NCBI GenBank assembly: GCA_030549895.1
Contig: JAUQQM010000002.1
Location: forward strand, 1,037 to 65,036
Source: Patescibacteria group bacterium
GTDB taxonomy: Bacteria > Patescibacteriota > Minisyncoccia > UBA6257 > HR35
Direction: 5' to 3'
Length of the DNA: 64,000 bases
The first letter of the stretch is position 1. Each line of letters begins with the position of its first letter. A program made the translations under genes and the position numbers. The notes beneath the pieces are model-generated. The model was not told the DNA's origin. It saw only the letters and a list, made by a program, of their open reading frames with translations, and did no database searches. Of the stretch, positions 6,817-16,257 are shown one piece after another.

Positions 6817-9158
6817 TAAACTCCTAGTAAATAAATAGTCTTTATAACAGCATCAGGTGAAAGAGAAATAGAACCAATGCCAGCTTCTACAAGAAATTTA
6901 GCAAAATCAATAAAAGTAGAAGGAGCATCACCACAGATACCAATATATTTACCTCTTTCATTACATTTTTGAATTACTTCTTTTATTAGTTTTTTAACAG
7001 ATTCGTTTCTTTCATCACTAATTCCTTGCAAAATTTCATTATCTCTATCAATCCCAAGAGTAAGTTGAGTTAGATCGTTAGAACCAATCGACATACCATC
7101 AAAAATATCTAAAAATTCATCCGCCTGCAAAATGTTTGAAGGAATCTCACACATAACATAAACTTTATAACCTTTTTCCTTCCTTTCACCCATTATCTCT
7201 TCAATTATCTCTATAACTTTTCTGCCTTCTTCTGGAGTCCGACAAAACGGAACCATAAGAGTTAAATTATCTAAACCAATTTCTTCTCTTACTTTTTTCA
7301 TAGCTGAAACTTCTAACTCAAAAGCTTTTTTAAAATTAGGATGATAATATCTACTCGCACCTCGCCAACCTATCATTGGATTTTCCTCTTGGGGCTCATA
7401 AAGATCGCCGCCAATCAAGTTTCTATACTCATTAGTTTTGAAATCAGAAAACCTAACAATAACTTCATTAGGCCAGTAAGCTGTACAAATTTTAGCTATT
7501 CCTTCAGCTAATTTATCAACAAAGTAAAGCTTTTTATCATCATAACTATAAGTAAGCTCATCAATTTTCTTTTTAACTTCCTCAGGTAAATTAGGATAAT
7601 CAATTAAAGCATTAGGATGAATTTTTATCTCTTCACTAATAATAAATTCTTCTCTTGCTAACCCAACACCTTTAACTGGTAAATACCATTTTTCCCAAGC
7701 CTCATCAGGAAGACCAATGTTTACATAAATTTTTGTTTTAGTTTCAGGTAATTTCTCTAAGTCGTGTTCGATAATTTCATAATCTAAGAGCCCTTTATAT
7801 ACATAGCCAGTAATACCACCAGTACAATCAATTGTTACTTCATCTCCTGTCCTTAAAACTTCAGTTGCTTTTTGAGTACCAACAATTGCGGGAATTCCAA
7901 GTTCACGAGAGACAATAGCACAATGAGAAGTTCTACCGCCAGCATCTGTAATAATTCCTTTAGCTATTTTCATTATTGGTACCCAATCTGGGTCTGTCAT
8001 CTCAGTCACCAAAATTTCACCTGCTTGAAATTCGTCTATTTTAGAAACATCCTTAATTACTCTAACTTTTCCCGAAATAATTTTTGAACCAATAGCAATT
8101 CCTTTAAGTAAAACTTCGCCCTTTTCTTTTAGTTTGTATTCTTCATAGATATTTTTCTTTTTTGTTGAATAAACTGTCTCAGCTCTTGCTTGAACAATAT
8201 AAAGTTTTCCGTCAATTCCATCCTTTGCCCATTCAATATCCATTGCTTGACCATAATGTTTTTCAATAATCCAGCCCATCTTAGCCAGTTCTAAAACTTC
8301 ATCATCAGTTAAAGAAAATTTTTCTTTTTCTTCTTTACTTGTTTGAATTTCTTTTGTACCGCCTTCTTGAGAATAAACAATTTTTTTAGTTTTATCTCCT
8401 AATCTTTTACTAACAACACTCCTAAATCCCTTCTCCAATCCCTTTTTAAAAACTATCCATTCATCAGGAATAACTCTTCCTTGAACAATAAGTTCACCCA
8501 ATCCCCAAACTCCATTAATAACGATTACCTTATCAAGTCCTGTATCAGTGTCAAGAGTAAACATAACCCCAGAACTAGCCAGATCAGAACGGACCATTTT
8601 TTGTACCCCAACAGAAAGTTTAACTTTAAAATGATCAAACCCTTTTTCTTGCCGATAAAAAATTGCTCTCTCAGTAAAAAGAGAAGCAAAACAAAATTTT
8701 ACTTTTTCAAGTAAATCTTTTTCTGTAACATTCAAATAAGTTTCTTGCTGACCAGCAAATGAAGCTGAAGGAAGATCTTCAGCCGAAGCACTGCTTCGAA
8801 CAGCAACTTGAAAATCTTCACCATATTCTTTCTTAAGTTCTTCAAAACTTTTCAAAATTTCTTCTTCCAAATCTCGAGGAAATTCTCCTTTTTTAATCAA
8901 ATTTCTTATCTCTTCGCCTGCTTGTTGAAGCTCTAAAACATTGTAAATGTTAGTTTTCTCTAATATTTTTTTAATTTTCTCCTCTAAATTGTTAAACTTA
9001 ATATAATATTCATAAGCTTTGGTAGTGATAGCAAAACCATTTGGAACTAAAACTCCTGACTTAGATAAGTAGCGGTACATCTGGCCCAAATTAGCATTTT
9101 TACCCCCAACAAGTTCTACATCTTCTTTTGAAAGATCTTTAAACCAAACAATGTACAT
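6816..9158 (-). CDS. ppsA: Phosphoenolpyruvate synthase (pyruvate, water dikinase)
   Basis: 780 aa with the phosphohistidine motif GGRTSHCAIVSRELGIPAIVG, an N-terminal ATP-grasp region and a C-terminal PEP-utilising domain. Confidence 0.9.
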   Translation of the reverse strand: MYIVWFKDLSKEDVELVGGKNANLGQMYRYLSKSGVLVPNGFAITTKAYEYYIKFNNLEEKIKKILEKTNIYNVLELQQAGEEIRNLIKKGEFPRDLEEEILKSFEELKKEYGEDFQVAVRSSASAEDLPSASFAGQQETYLNVTEKDLLEKVKFCFASLFTERAIFYRQEKGFDHFKVKLSVGVQKMVRSDLASSGVMFTLDTDTGLDKVIVINGVWGLGELIVQGRVIPDEWIVFKKGLEKGFRSVVSKRLGDKTKKIVYSQEGGTKEIQTSKEEKEKFSLTDDEVLELAKMGWIIEKHYGQAMDIEWAKDGIDGKLYIVQARAETVYSTKKKNIYEEYKLKEKGEVLLKGIAIGSKIISGKVRVIKDVSKIDEFQAGEILVTEMTDPDWVPIMKIAKGIITDAGGRTSHCAIVSRELGIPAIVGTQKATEVLRTGDEVTIDCTGGITGYVYKGLLDYEIIEHDLEKLPETKTKIYVNIGLPDEAWEKWYLPVKGVGLAREEFIISEEIKIHPNALIDYPNLPEEVKKKIDELTYSYDDKKLYFVDKLAEGIAKICTAYWPNEVIVRFSDFKTNEYRNLIGGDLYEPQEENPMIGWRGASRYYHPNFKKAFELEVSAMKKVREEIGLDNLTLMVPFCRTPEEGRKVIEIIEEIMGERKEKGYKVYVMCEIPSNILQADEFLDIFDGMSIGSNDLTQLTLGIDRDNEILQGISDERNESVKKLIKEVIQKCNERGKYIGICGDAPSTFIDFAKFLVEAGIGSISLSPDAVIKTIYLLGV

Positions 9159-9164
9159 AATTTA

Positions 9165-9173
9165 ATTATATCA
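9165..9173 (-). promoter_or_regulatory. Extended -10 (TGATATAAT), 6 nt before the ppsA ATG at 9158
   Basis: Plus-strand attatatca. It lies across the rdgB stop codon. Confidence 0.45.
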
Positions 9174-9774
9174 TTTCAAATAATTCTTTTACTTTTAAAA
9201 TAAGTTTTTGGGTTGCTATTTTTCGATGAGAAAAAATTTCTTCATCTTGATTTAATTCATCGTAATACTTATTTAAACCTTCTACTATAAAAACAGACCT
9301 AAAAGGATACCCAGGAATTCTATTTTTACTAGGTTCTCTAGCAATATAGCCTTTAATTTTTTCTTGCTGGCAAATTATATTTTTGCCGTCATAAAAACAA
9401 ACGCAAGTCTCTAAATAAGCAGTTCTTTCTGAGACATTTTCCATCTTTTTAAGTAAAAATTCAATTAACTCTTCATCAGTTGCCTCATACCCCGGCCAAC
9501 GCCTTGATTTAACTCCTGGCTCATTACCAAGAGCAGGAATAATAAGACCACCATCATCTCCAATAGTTGGAATTTTAAACTTTTCATAATAAAATTTTGC
9601 TTTTAAAATTGCATTCTCTTTAAAAGTTTGGCCATTTTCTTGTGGTTTTTCTTTAAAATTAAAATCATAAAGAGAAAGCACTTCTAATTCTGGCAAGAGC
9701 TCATTAATGACTTCTTTTATTTCCTTTATTTTTCCAAAATTACTACTTCCAATAAGAATTTTTTTCGGTCTCAT
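9166..9774 (-). CDS. rdgB: Non-canonical purine NTP pyrophosphatase (RdgB/HAM1 family)
   Basis: 202 aa with a family-typical N-terminus (ILIGSSNFGKIKEI) and an overall HAM1 pattern. Confidence 0.8.
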   Translation of the reverse strand: MRPKKILIGSSNFGKIKEIKEVINELLPELEVLSLYDFNFKEKPQENGQTFKENAILKAKFYYEKFKIPTIGDDGGLIIPALGNEPGVKSRRWPGYEATDEELIEFLLKKMENVSERTAYLETCVCFYDGKNIICQQEKIKGYIAREPSKNRIPGYPFRSVFIVEGLNKYYDELNQDEEIFSHRKIATQKLILKVKELFEMI

Positions 9775-9780
9775 ATTTTA

Positions 9781-9789
9781 ATTTTAACA
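9781..9789 (-). promoter_or_regulatory. Extended -10-like box (TGTTAAAAT), 6 nt before the rdgB ATG
   Basis: Plus-strand attttaaca. Confidence 0.4.
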
Positions 9790-9942
9790 AAGTACTAAAG
9801 TTAAATAAATAGTGATATATTCGCTTGGCCAAATCTGAGCTCAAAAAGTTAGTTTACCAAACTTAGGAAGAATAAATATCTTTTTCGAGAGTAATTTCGC
9901 TTCATTATTTTAAAATTCGCTACTGAAATTAGATTTTTCATA

Positions 9943-9951
9943 TGTTAAAAT
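9943..9951 (+). promoter_or_regulatory. Extended -10-like box (TGTTAAAAT), 6 nt before the argS ATG
   Basis: tgttaaaat followed by taaaat and then ATG. Confidence 0.4.
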
Positions 9952-9957
9952 TAAAAT

Positions 9958-11541
9958 ATGAAAAATGAACTAGAATTAAAGCTTAAGAAATTATTTAAAA
10001 CTAAAGAAAGACCTCAAGTAAGAGTAATCCTAAATGAGTATGGTGATCTTGCTTCAAATGTTCTTTTTATTGCTGCTAAAGAAAATAAAAAAGAACCTAA
10101 AAAAATTTGGGATGAATTTAAGGATGAAGTAGAAAAAAGACTGGCTAAAAATTTCGAAAAAATTGAATTTGTTAATGGTTATTTAAATTTTCACCTAAAA
10201 AAAGATTTGCTTTTCAAAACATTTAAAATTGCGGTAAAAAAACCAAAGCAAATATCTCTTTCTAATTTCGGACATAAACAAAAAGTAATAGTAGAATTTC
10301 TTTCAGCTAATCCGACTGGTCCTCTGCATTTAGGAAATGGAAGAAATGCGGTTCTAGGTGAAGTTATCTCAAGAGTTCTTAAAAAAACTGGATTTTCTGT
10401 TTTTAAAGAATACTATAACAATAACAGAGGCAGACAAATAAAAATTCTTGGTCTGAGTGCTCTTTCTTTTTTAAAACTTCCAACGGAAAACGAAAATGAG
10501 CTTTATAAAGGTAAATACCTCGAAGAATTAGTAAACAAAAACAAGGGTCTTTGTTTTAAATTTAAAGATCAACCAGAATATCTTGGCTATCTTTTAAGTA
10601 AAAAAATATTAGAATTTTACATCAAACCAACCTTAAAAAGTCTTGGCATAAAATTTGATAATTTCTTTTCTGAAAGATCGCTTTATAGTTCTCTTGATAA
10701 AGAAGTTCTTCAAAAAATCAAAAGACATACTTACAAAAAGGATGGTGCTTTATGGTTAAAACTTGAAACTAAAGATGAAGTTTTAATAAAAAGTGATGGA
10801 GAACCTACTTATTTTCTTTCAGACATTATTTATCATTATCATAAATTTGTAAAAAGAAACTTCAAATATGGAATTAATATTCTAGGTGCTGATCATTTAG
10901 ATCATGGAAGAAGACTAAAAGAAGCTTTAAAAATTCTTGGGATAAAAGAAAATAAACTAAAATTCATTATCTATCAGCTTGTTTATGTTAAAAAATTTGA
11001 AAAAATTCTAAAAATGTCAAAAAGAAAAGGAGATATTATCTTTTTAGATGACCTTATAAAAGAAGTTGGACCTGATCCAATAAAATTTTACTTTGTTTTT
11101 CATCCACCAGAAACTCATCTTACTTTTGATCTGGAATTAGCAAAGAAAAAAACAGAAGAAAATCTTTATTGGTACGTAGTCTATACAGGTGCCAGACTTG
11201 AGAGTATTTTAAAGAAATTTGGAAAAATCTCTAAAAAAGAAATTGATGTTAAAAAATGTTGGGAAATTTTCAAAGATAATAAGCAATTTATAGAAATCCT
11301 GAAAAGAATTTATTTTTGGAAAGAAATACTCATCGAAGTAGCTAAATCTTTACAAGTTCAAATTCTTCCTCAATACATTGTTGAAACATGCAAAAAAATA
11401 AATAACTTTTATGAAAGTGAAAAAATAATAGAAAAAGATAGATCAAAAACTTATCAAAAATTACCTGCAATAATTGCTTTAGTTAATTTTCTTAAAGAAG
11501 CTTTTGATACTCTTAATATAGAGTTCAAAGAAAAAGTTTAA
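9958..11541 (+). CDS. argS: Arginyl-tRNA synthetase
   Basis: 527 aa with the HIGH region SANPTGPLHLGNGRNA and the KMSKS-like loop KMSKRKG. Confidence 0.9.
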   Translation: MKNELELKLKKLFKTKERPQVRVILNEYGDLASNVLFIAAKENKKEPKKIWDEFKDEVEKRLAKNFEKIEFVNGYLNFHLKKDLLFKTFKIAVKKPKQISLSNFGHKQKVIVEFLSANPTGPLHLGNGRNAVLGEVISRVLKKTGFSVFKEYYNNNRGRQIKILGLSALSFLKLPTENENELYKGKYLEELVNKNKGLCFKFKDQPEYLGYLLSKKILEFYIKPTLKSLGIKFDNFFSERSLYSSLDKEVLQKIKRHTYKKDGALWLKLETKDEVLIKSDGEPTYFLSDIIYHYHKFVKRNFKYGINILGADHLDHGRRLKEALKILGIKENKLKFIIYQLVYVKKFEKILKMSKRKGDIIFLDDLIKEVGPDPIKFYFVFHPPETHLTFDLELAKKKTEENLYWYVVYTGARLESILKKFGKISKKEIDVKKCWEIFKDNKQFIEILKRIYFWKEILIEVAKSLQVQILPQYIVETCKKINNFYESEKIIEKDRSKTYQKLPAIIALVNFLKEAFDTLNIEFKEKV

Positions 11542-11542
11542 T

Positions 11543-12826
11543 TTATTTTTTCAGAACTAAAATAACATCAGAAACATTTATAGGAAGTCTACCGGTTAGA
11601 ATTCCATCGCCTGTTTTTTGAAAAAATTCAAAACTTTTATTTTCTTCAATAGCTTCGGAAATTGGAAAATTTAATTCTTGAGCTTTTTTTATAGTATTTC
11701 TATCACCTATTGCTCCACCAAATTCAGTATTATCCCAACCATCAGTATTAAAAGCTAAAATAGTAAGTTCTTTTGAACCCATTTTCTCTAAAACTCGTAA
11801 AACTAAATCTTGATTTCTTCCTCCTTTACCAGGTTTTTTAACTTGAACTGTCGTCTCTCCACCATAAATAAATAAATCATAAGGTTCTTTTAAATCCTCA
11901 AAAATTCGATTAGTTAATTTTTCTGTTGAGCAATTAACACTGCTTTCACATATTTTTGTTCTTAAATTCATTTCTTTTGCTTTTTTTAAAATAGCGTTTA
12001 AAACTTTTTGGTTATTCAAAAATAAAAAGTTATCAACCTTGGCAAAAATTTTTGGATCTTTGGGTGTTTCTATTAATTTGTCTTCATCAAGCTCTATTTT
12101 GTAATATTTCAAAATATCAAGAGCATCTTGTTTAGTAGTACTGTCAAAACATGTAGGCCCTGAAGCAACAAAAGAAATGTCATCTCCTGGAACATCAGAA
12201 ACAATAAAGCTTATAACTCTTGCAGGATACAAAAATCCAGCCAAGCCCCCTCCTTTTACAAGAGAAAGATGTTTTCTTACTATATTAATTTTTTCTATAT
12301 TAGCACCACAGGTTAAAAGTTTTTTCGTAAGGTCAATTTTTTCTTCAAGACTAATCTTTGCTGGAAAAACAAACATACTTGAACCACCACCACAAATAAC
12401 TACTATAACTAAATCATCTCCGGTTAGTTTTTCTTTTGTAAGGTAATCTAAAATGTATTTTGTAGCTTTAAAGTTATTCTCACTTAAAAAAGGATGAGTT
12501 CCTTCAAAAAGAACAAAATTTTTATCTTCAAATTCCTCATATTTAAAATCTATCACAAAACAACCATTAATCTGATATTTTTCTTTCAAATTTTTAAAAA
12601 TCTCATAAGCAATAAAGCTTGAACCTTTACCAAAACCTATAATATAAATTCTTTTAAAATCATCAAGAAAATATTCATAGCTATCCGTGATAATTTTTCC
12701 AGAATCAAGGCCAATTTTTTTAAGCTCAGTTTTATAGTCTATTGCCTTAAGACCAACCTCTAAAAGTTCTAAAAGAATCTTCCTTTCATCAGTTATCGCT
12801 AGACTTTGAAAATTTTTTATAATCAT
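11543..12826 (-). CDS. Glycerate 2-kinase / hydroxypyruvate reductase-like protein (DUF4147 + MOFRL)
   Basis: 427 aa with GGETTVQVKKPGKGGRNQDLVL and GTDGWDN. Confidence 0.8.
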   Translation of the reverse strand: MIIKNFQSLAITDERKILLELLEVGLKAIDYKTELKKIGLDSGKIITDSYEYFLDDFKRIYIIGFGKGSSFIAYEIFKNLKEKYQINGCFVIDFKYEEFEDKNFVLFEGTHPFLSENNFKATKYILDYLTKEKLTGDDLVIVVICGGGSSMFVFPAKISLEEKIDLTKKLLTCGANIEKINIVRKHLSLVKGGGLAGFLYPARVISFIVSDVPGDDISFVASGPTCFDSTTKQDALDILKYYKIELDEDKLIETPKDPKIFAKVDNFLFLNNQKVLNAILKKAKEMNLRTKICESSVNCSTEKLTNRIFEDLKEPYDLFIYGGETTVQVKKPGKGGRNQDLVLRVLEKMGSKELTILAFNTDGWDNTEFGGAIGDRNTIKKAQELNFPISEAIEENKSFEFFQKTGDGILTGRLPINVSDVILVLKK

Positions 12827-14070
12827 CTTGGCTCGATATATTCAAAACCACAATAAGGAACTAAAACTCTTGGAATCTTGACGCCTCCATCTTTTGTTTG
12901 ATGATTTTCTATAAGTGGAATCAAAATTCTTGGAACAGCTATAGCTGTGTTATTCAAAGAATAAGGGAAATGAAGGTCTCCTTTTTTATCTCGGTATCTT
13001 ATATTTAATCTTCTTGTCTGAAAATCAAGTAAATAAGAATCAGAGTGAGTTTCTCTATATCTTTTTTGAGAAGGAACCCAAGCCTCAAGATCATATCTTT
13101 TTACCTGACCTGCTGAAAGTTCACCACTACAGACATTTACAACTCGATAAGGGATTTCTAAAAGTTGCATCATTTTTTCAATATTTTCTAAAAGTTTTTC
13201 ATGCCAAAATATAGTTTCATCAAAATCATTTTTATGAATTATAACCTGTTCAGTCTGCCAAAATTCATGAACTCTAAAAATTCCTTTAACATCCTTTCCA
13301 TAACTTCCAACTTCTTTTCTAAAAGCAGTTGATATTCCTGCCATCTTTATAGGTAAATCATCTTCATTTAAAATTTCGTCAGCAAAATAACCCATAAGAG
13401 GCACTTCCGTAGTTCCGGCTAAATAAAGATCTTCATCCAATTTGTAAGCTTCTTCTTTGCCATAAGGAAACATTCCAGTTCCATACATAAGGAATTCTCT
13501 GACAATTATTGAAGGTCTGAAAATTTCAAAACCTTGTTCTTTTAAAAAATCTAAGGACCATCTTAAAAGAGCCATTTCTAAAATTACTGCTTGATTTTTT
13601 ATAAAATATTGCCTAAAACCACCAACTTTTGAGCCTCTTTCCAAATCAATAAGGTTTAAATTTTTCATAAGACTAATGTAGTCTAAATCAAAATTCTTTG
13701 GTTCTCCCCAAAACTTCACTGGTACATTGTCTTCTTCAGTCTTTCCTTCTGGTACATCATCTGATGGTGGATTAGGAACTAAATAAAGAAGCTCTTTTAA
13801 TTTATTTTCTTTTTCTTTTAAATCTTCTTTAAGTTTTTCTATTTTTTCTTTAACTTCTTTTATCTTACTATACAAATTTTCATCTTTTTCTTTTTTATAC
13901 CTTAAAGTAAGTTCTTTATGATTATGTTTTAAAGAGTCTAAGTTTTTTTGAATATCTCTTCTTTCTTGATCTAACCTCAAAATCAAATCTATATCAATTT
14001 CTATTCCTTTTTTCCTCGCCCCCTCTTTAAACTTTTCTGGATGTTCTCTTAAAATTTTTATATCAATCAT
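12823..14070 (-). CDS. serS: Seryl-tRNA synthetase
   Basis: 415 aa with an N-terminal coiled-coil arm and class II motifs (FRKEVGSYGKD, RVHEF.Q.E, NNTAIAVPR). Confidence 0.95.
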   Translation of the reverse strand: MIDIKILREHPEKFKEGARKKGIEIDIDLILRLDQERRDIQKNLDSLKHNHKELTLRYKKEKDENLYSKIKEVKEKIEKLKEDLKEKENKLKELLYLVPNPPSDDVPEGKTEEDNVPVKFWGEPKNFDLDYISLMKNLNLIDLERGSKVGGFRQYFIKNQAVILEMALLRWSLDFLKEQGFEIFRPSIIVREFLMYGTGMFPYGKEEAYKLDEDLYLAGTTEVPLMGYFADEILNEDDLPIKMAGISTAFRKEVGSYGKDVKGIFRVHEFWQTEQVIIHKNDFDETIFWHEKLLENIEKMMQLLEIPYRVVNVCSGELSAGQVKRYDLEAWVPSQKRYRETHSDSYLLDFQTRRLNIRYRDKKGDLHFPYSLNNTAIAVPRILIPLIENHQTKDGGVKIPRVLVPYCGFEYIEPR

Positions 14071-15907
14071 GTTCGCTAATAGCCTCTAAAATTAACTCAA
14101 GAGCTGTTTTTTCAATTGGCTTTATTATTGGCTTAGGCTGAATTCCATAAATTTTATTATACTTCATCTGATACATTCTCCTTCTCTTTGTCTCTTTTAT
14201 AGCTTCATTTATTGAAAAAGTTATTTTATCAGCATAAATTATAACTCTACCCTCAATATGCCTGGAGGCTCTACCTATTGCTTGAATAAGAGTAGTTGTA
14301 TTTCTTAAAAATCCTTCCTTATCTGCATCTAAAATAGCAACAAGGGAAACTTCTGGTAAATCTAATCCTTCTCGGAGAAGGTTTACCCCAATTAAAACAT
14401 CTATATCTCCACTTCTAAGACTCCTTATGATAGAAGGTCTTTTAAGTGTTTTAATTTCAGAGTGAATATAAAAAACTTTAAAACCATGTAAAAGCAGGTA
14501 TTCGCAAAGATCCTCAGCAGATCTTTTCGTTAAAGTAAGTACCAAACTTCGATGACCTTTTTCTACTTGAAGTTTTAGTTCTTTTACAAGATCATTTATC
14601 TGATTTTTAGCTGGTTTTATTATTATCTCTGGATCTAAAATACCTGTTGGCCTTACAAGAAGTTCAACTATCTGGCTAGAATTTTTTCTTTCAAATTCTC
14701 CTGGTGTGGCTGAGACAAATATAAATTGAAAATCTTTTGAAAAAAACTCATCAAACTTCAAAGGCCTATTGTCAAAAGCACTTGGTAGTCTCCAACCGTA
14801 ACTAACAAGATTTTCTTTTCTTTTTCTATCACCTTCAGCCATTGCCTTTATTTGAGGAATTGAAAGATGAGACTCATCTATAAAAATAATAGTGTCTTTC
14901 GGCAAGTAATCAAGTAAAGTATATGGTGGCTCACCTGGTTCCCTAAAAGAAAGATGGCGAGAATAATTTTCTATCCCTGGGCAATAACCTTCTGTCTTTA
15001 AAAGATTAAGATCAAACATCACTCTTTTCTTTAATCTTTCTGCTTCAATTATTTTCCCCTGCTTTTTAAGTTCTTTATACCACCAACTAAGTTCATTTTT
15101 AATATTTCTTAAGACTATTTCCAATTTTTCACTTGAACTAACATAAAATTTTGCTGGAAATATTTTAATCCTTTCAACTAAATTTTCTTCATCTTCTTTT
15201 ATATAAATAACAATTTTTCTTTCTACTTTTTGGATAATTCTCTTAATGGCTATTTTTTCAACTATTTGATCTTTGAGATAAACATCAACAATTTCTTGAC
15301 CAGATGGCAAAATTATTCTTACTTTCTTTTTATCATAGCTAAAAGTTCCAGCAACAATTTCGTTGTCTTGTTTTTTATACTGTAAAAGTTTTAAGGAGTC
15401 AAAAAATTTTTTATCTATCTTTTGACCTTTATAAATTTCAAGGCCTATTTTTTGATATTCTTCAGGATCTCCTATTCCATAAAGACATGAGACAGAAGAA
15501 ACAACAATAAAATCTTTTCGGGTAAGAACTGATTGAACTGTTGCATGCCTCAGCTTATCTAAAATTTCATTAATTCTTGCATCTTTAGCTATATAGATGT
15601 CTTGTTCAGGAAGATAAGCTTCTGGTTGATAATAATCATAATAACTTACAAAAAAATTAACAGAATTTTTTGGAAAAAAACTTTTAAATTCATGAAAAAG
15701 TTGAGCTGTTAAAATCTTATTAGGAGAAAGAACTAAAGCTGGTCTTTTTACTTCTTTTATGATAAGAGCCATTGTATAAGTCTTACCACTTCCAGTAATG
15801 CCTAAAAGAGTTTGAAATTTAAAACCTTTCTTAAGACCATCGGAGATAGCTTTAACAACTTTTACTTGTTCAGGATTTGGTTTAAATTCACAATGTATTT
15901 CAAACAT
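14063..15907 (-). CDS. uvrB: Excinuclease ABC subunit B (lacks the C-terminal UVR domain)
   Basis: 614 aa with Walker A GITGSGKTYTMA, IDESH and QAIGRASR. It ends shortly after the helicase core. Confidence 0.95.
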   Translation of the reverse strand: MFEIHCEFKPNPEQVKVVKAISDGLKKGFKFQTLLGITGSGKTYTMALIIKEVKRPALVLSPNKILTAQLFHEFKSFFPKNSVNFFVSYYDYYQPEAYLPEQDIYIAKDARINEILDKLRHATVQSVLTRKDFIVVSSVSCLYGIGDPEEYQKIGLEIYKGQKIDKKFFDSLKLLQYKKQDNEIVAGTFSYDKKKVRIILPSGQEIVDVYLKDQIVEKIAIKRIIQKVERKIVIYIKEDEENLVERIKIFPAKFYVSSSEKLEIVLRNIKNELSWWYKELKKQGKIIEAERLKKRVMFDLNLLKTEGYCPGIENYSRHLSFREPGEPPYTLLDYLPKDTIIFIDESHLSIPQIKAMAEGDRKRKENLVSYGWRLPSAFDNRPLKFDEFFSKDFQFIFVSATPGEFERKNSSQIVELLVRPTGILDPEIIIKPAKNQINDLVKELKLQVEKGHRSLVLTLTKRSAEDLCEYLLLHGFKVFYIHSEIKTLKRPSIIRSLRSGDIDVLIGVNLLREGLDLPEVSLVAILDADKEGFLRNTTTLIQAIGRASRHIEGRVIIYADKITFSINEAIKETKRRRMYQMKYNKIYGIQPKPIIKPIEKTALELILEAISEHD

Positions 15908-15908
15908 A

Positions 15909-16253
15909 TTAAATTATTCTTATTTTAAATAACCAATCAACACTTAAGTATCCTGGACCTAAAAATGTATAAATTAAGTTAATTAACAAAATTAAAAATT
16001 CACCAATTAAAATGTCTTTTTCCTTAAAAAGAAAAAGGATAACTTTCAAAACAAAAATTACAAGTAAAATAAAAGAGAAAAATTGAAATAGCCATCCAAA
16101 AATTATTCCAAGGGCGCTAAGCAAAATAAAATATCTCAAATATTGATTTTCGCTTAAGTTTTTTTTAAAATAAAACCAAATTAGAAAAAGTCCAAAAAGA
16201 ATCCTTGAAATCAAAAGGGCAAAATCTCCAAAAATATAAAAGTAAGATATCAT
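15909..16253 (-). CDS. Small DoxX-like membrane protein
   Basis: 114 aa, 4 TM. It has a LLISRILFGLFLIW N-terminus and a GPGYLSVDWLF C-terminus, typical of DoxX. Confidence 0.4.
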   Translation of the reverse strand: MISYFYIFGDFALLISRILFGLFLIWFYFKKNLSENQYLRYFILLSALGIIFGWLFQFFSFILLVIFVLKVILFLFKEKDILIGEFLILLINLIYTFLGPGYLSVDWLFKIRII

Positions 16254-16257
16254 AAAT

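Larger units (their letters stand above)
9772..9960. repeat. Perfect 18-bp inverted repeat (TGTTAAAATTAAAATATG) forming the 5' ends of divergent rdgB and argS
   Basis: 9772-9789 is the exact reverse complement of 9943-9960. Each copy holds an extended -10-like box, a 6-nt spacer and an ATG. Confidence 0.8.

Noticed and set aside
9849-9941. A 30-aa basic minus-strand ORF (MKNLISVANFKIMKRNYSRKRYLFFLSLVN) in the rdgB-argS spacer.
   Set aside because: It has no SD and no properly spaced -10 box, its composition reflects AT-rich sequence, and there is no other support.
9790-9942. A T-box or other riboswitch leader upstream of argS.
   Set aside because: I could find no T-box consensus, specifier or antiterminator architecture, or GC-rich structured core. 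The argS -10-like box sits 6 nt from the ATG, which leaves no leader.
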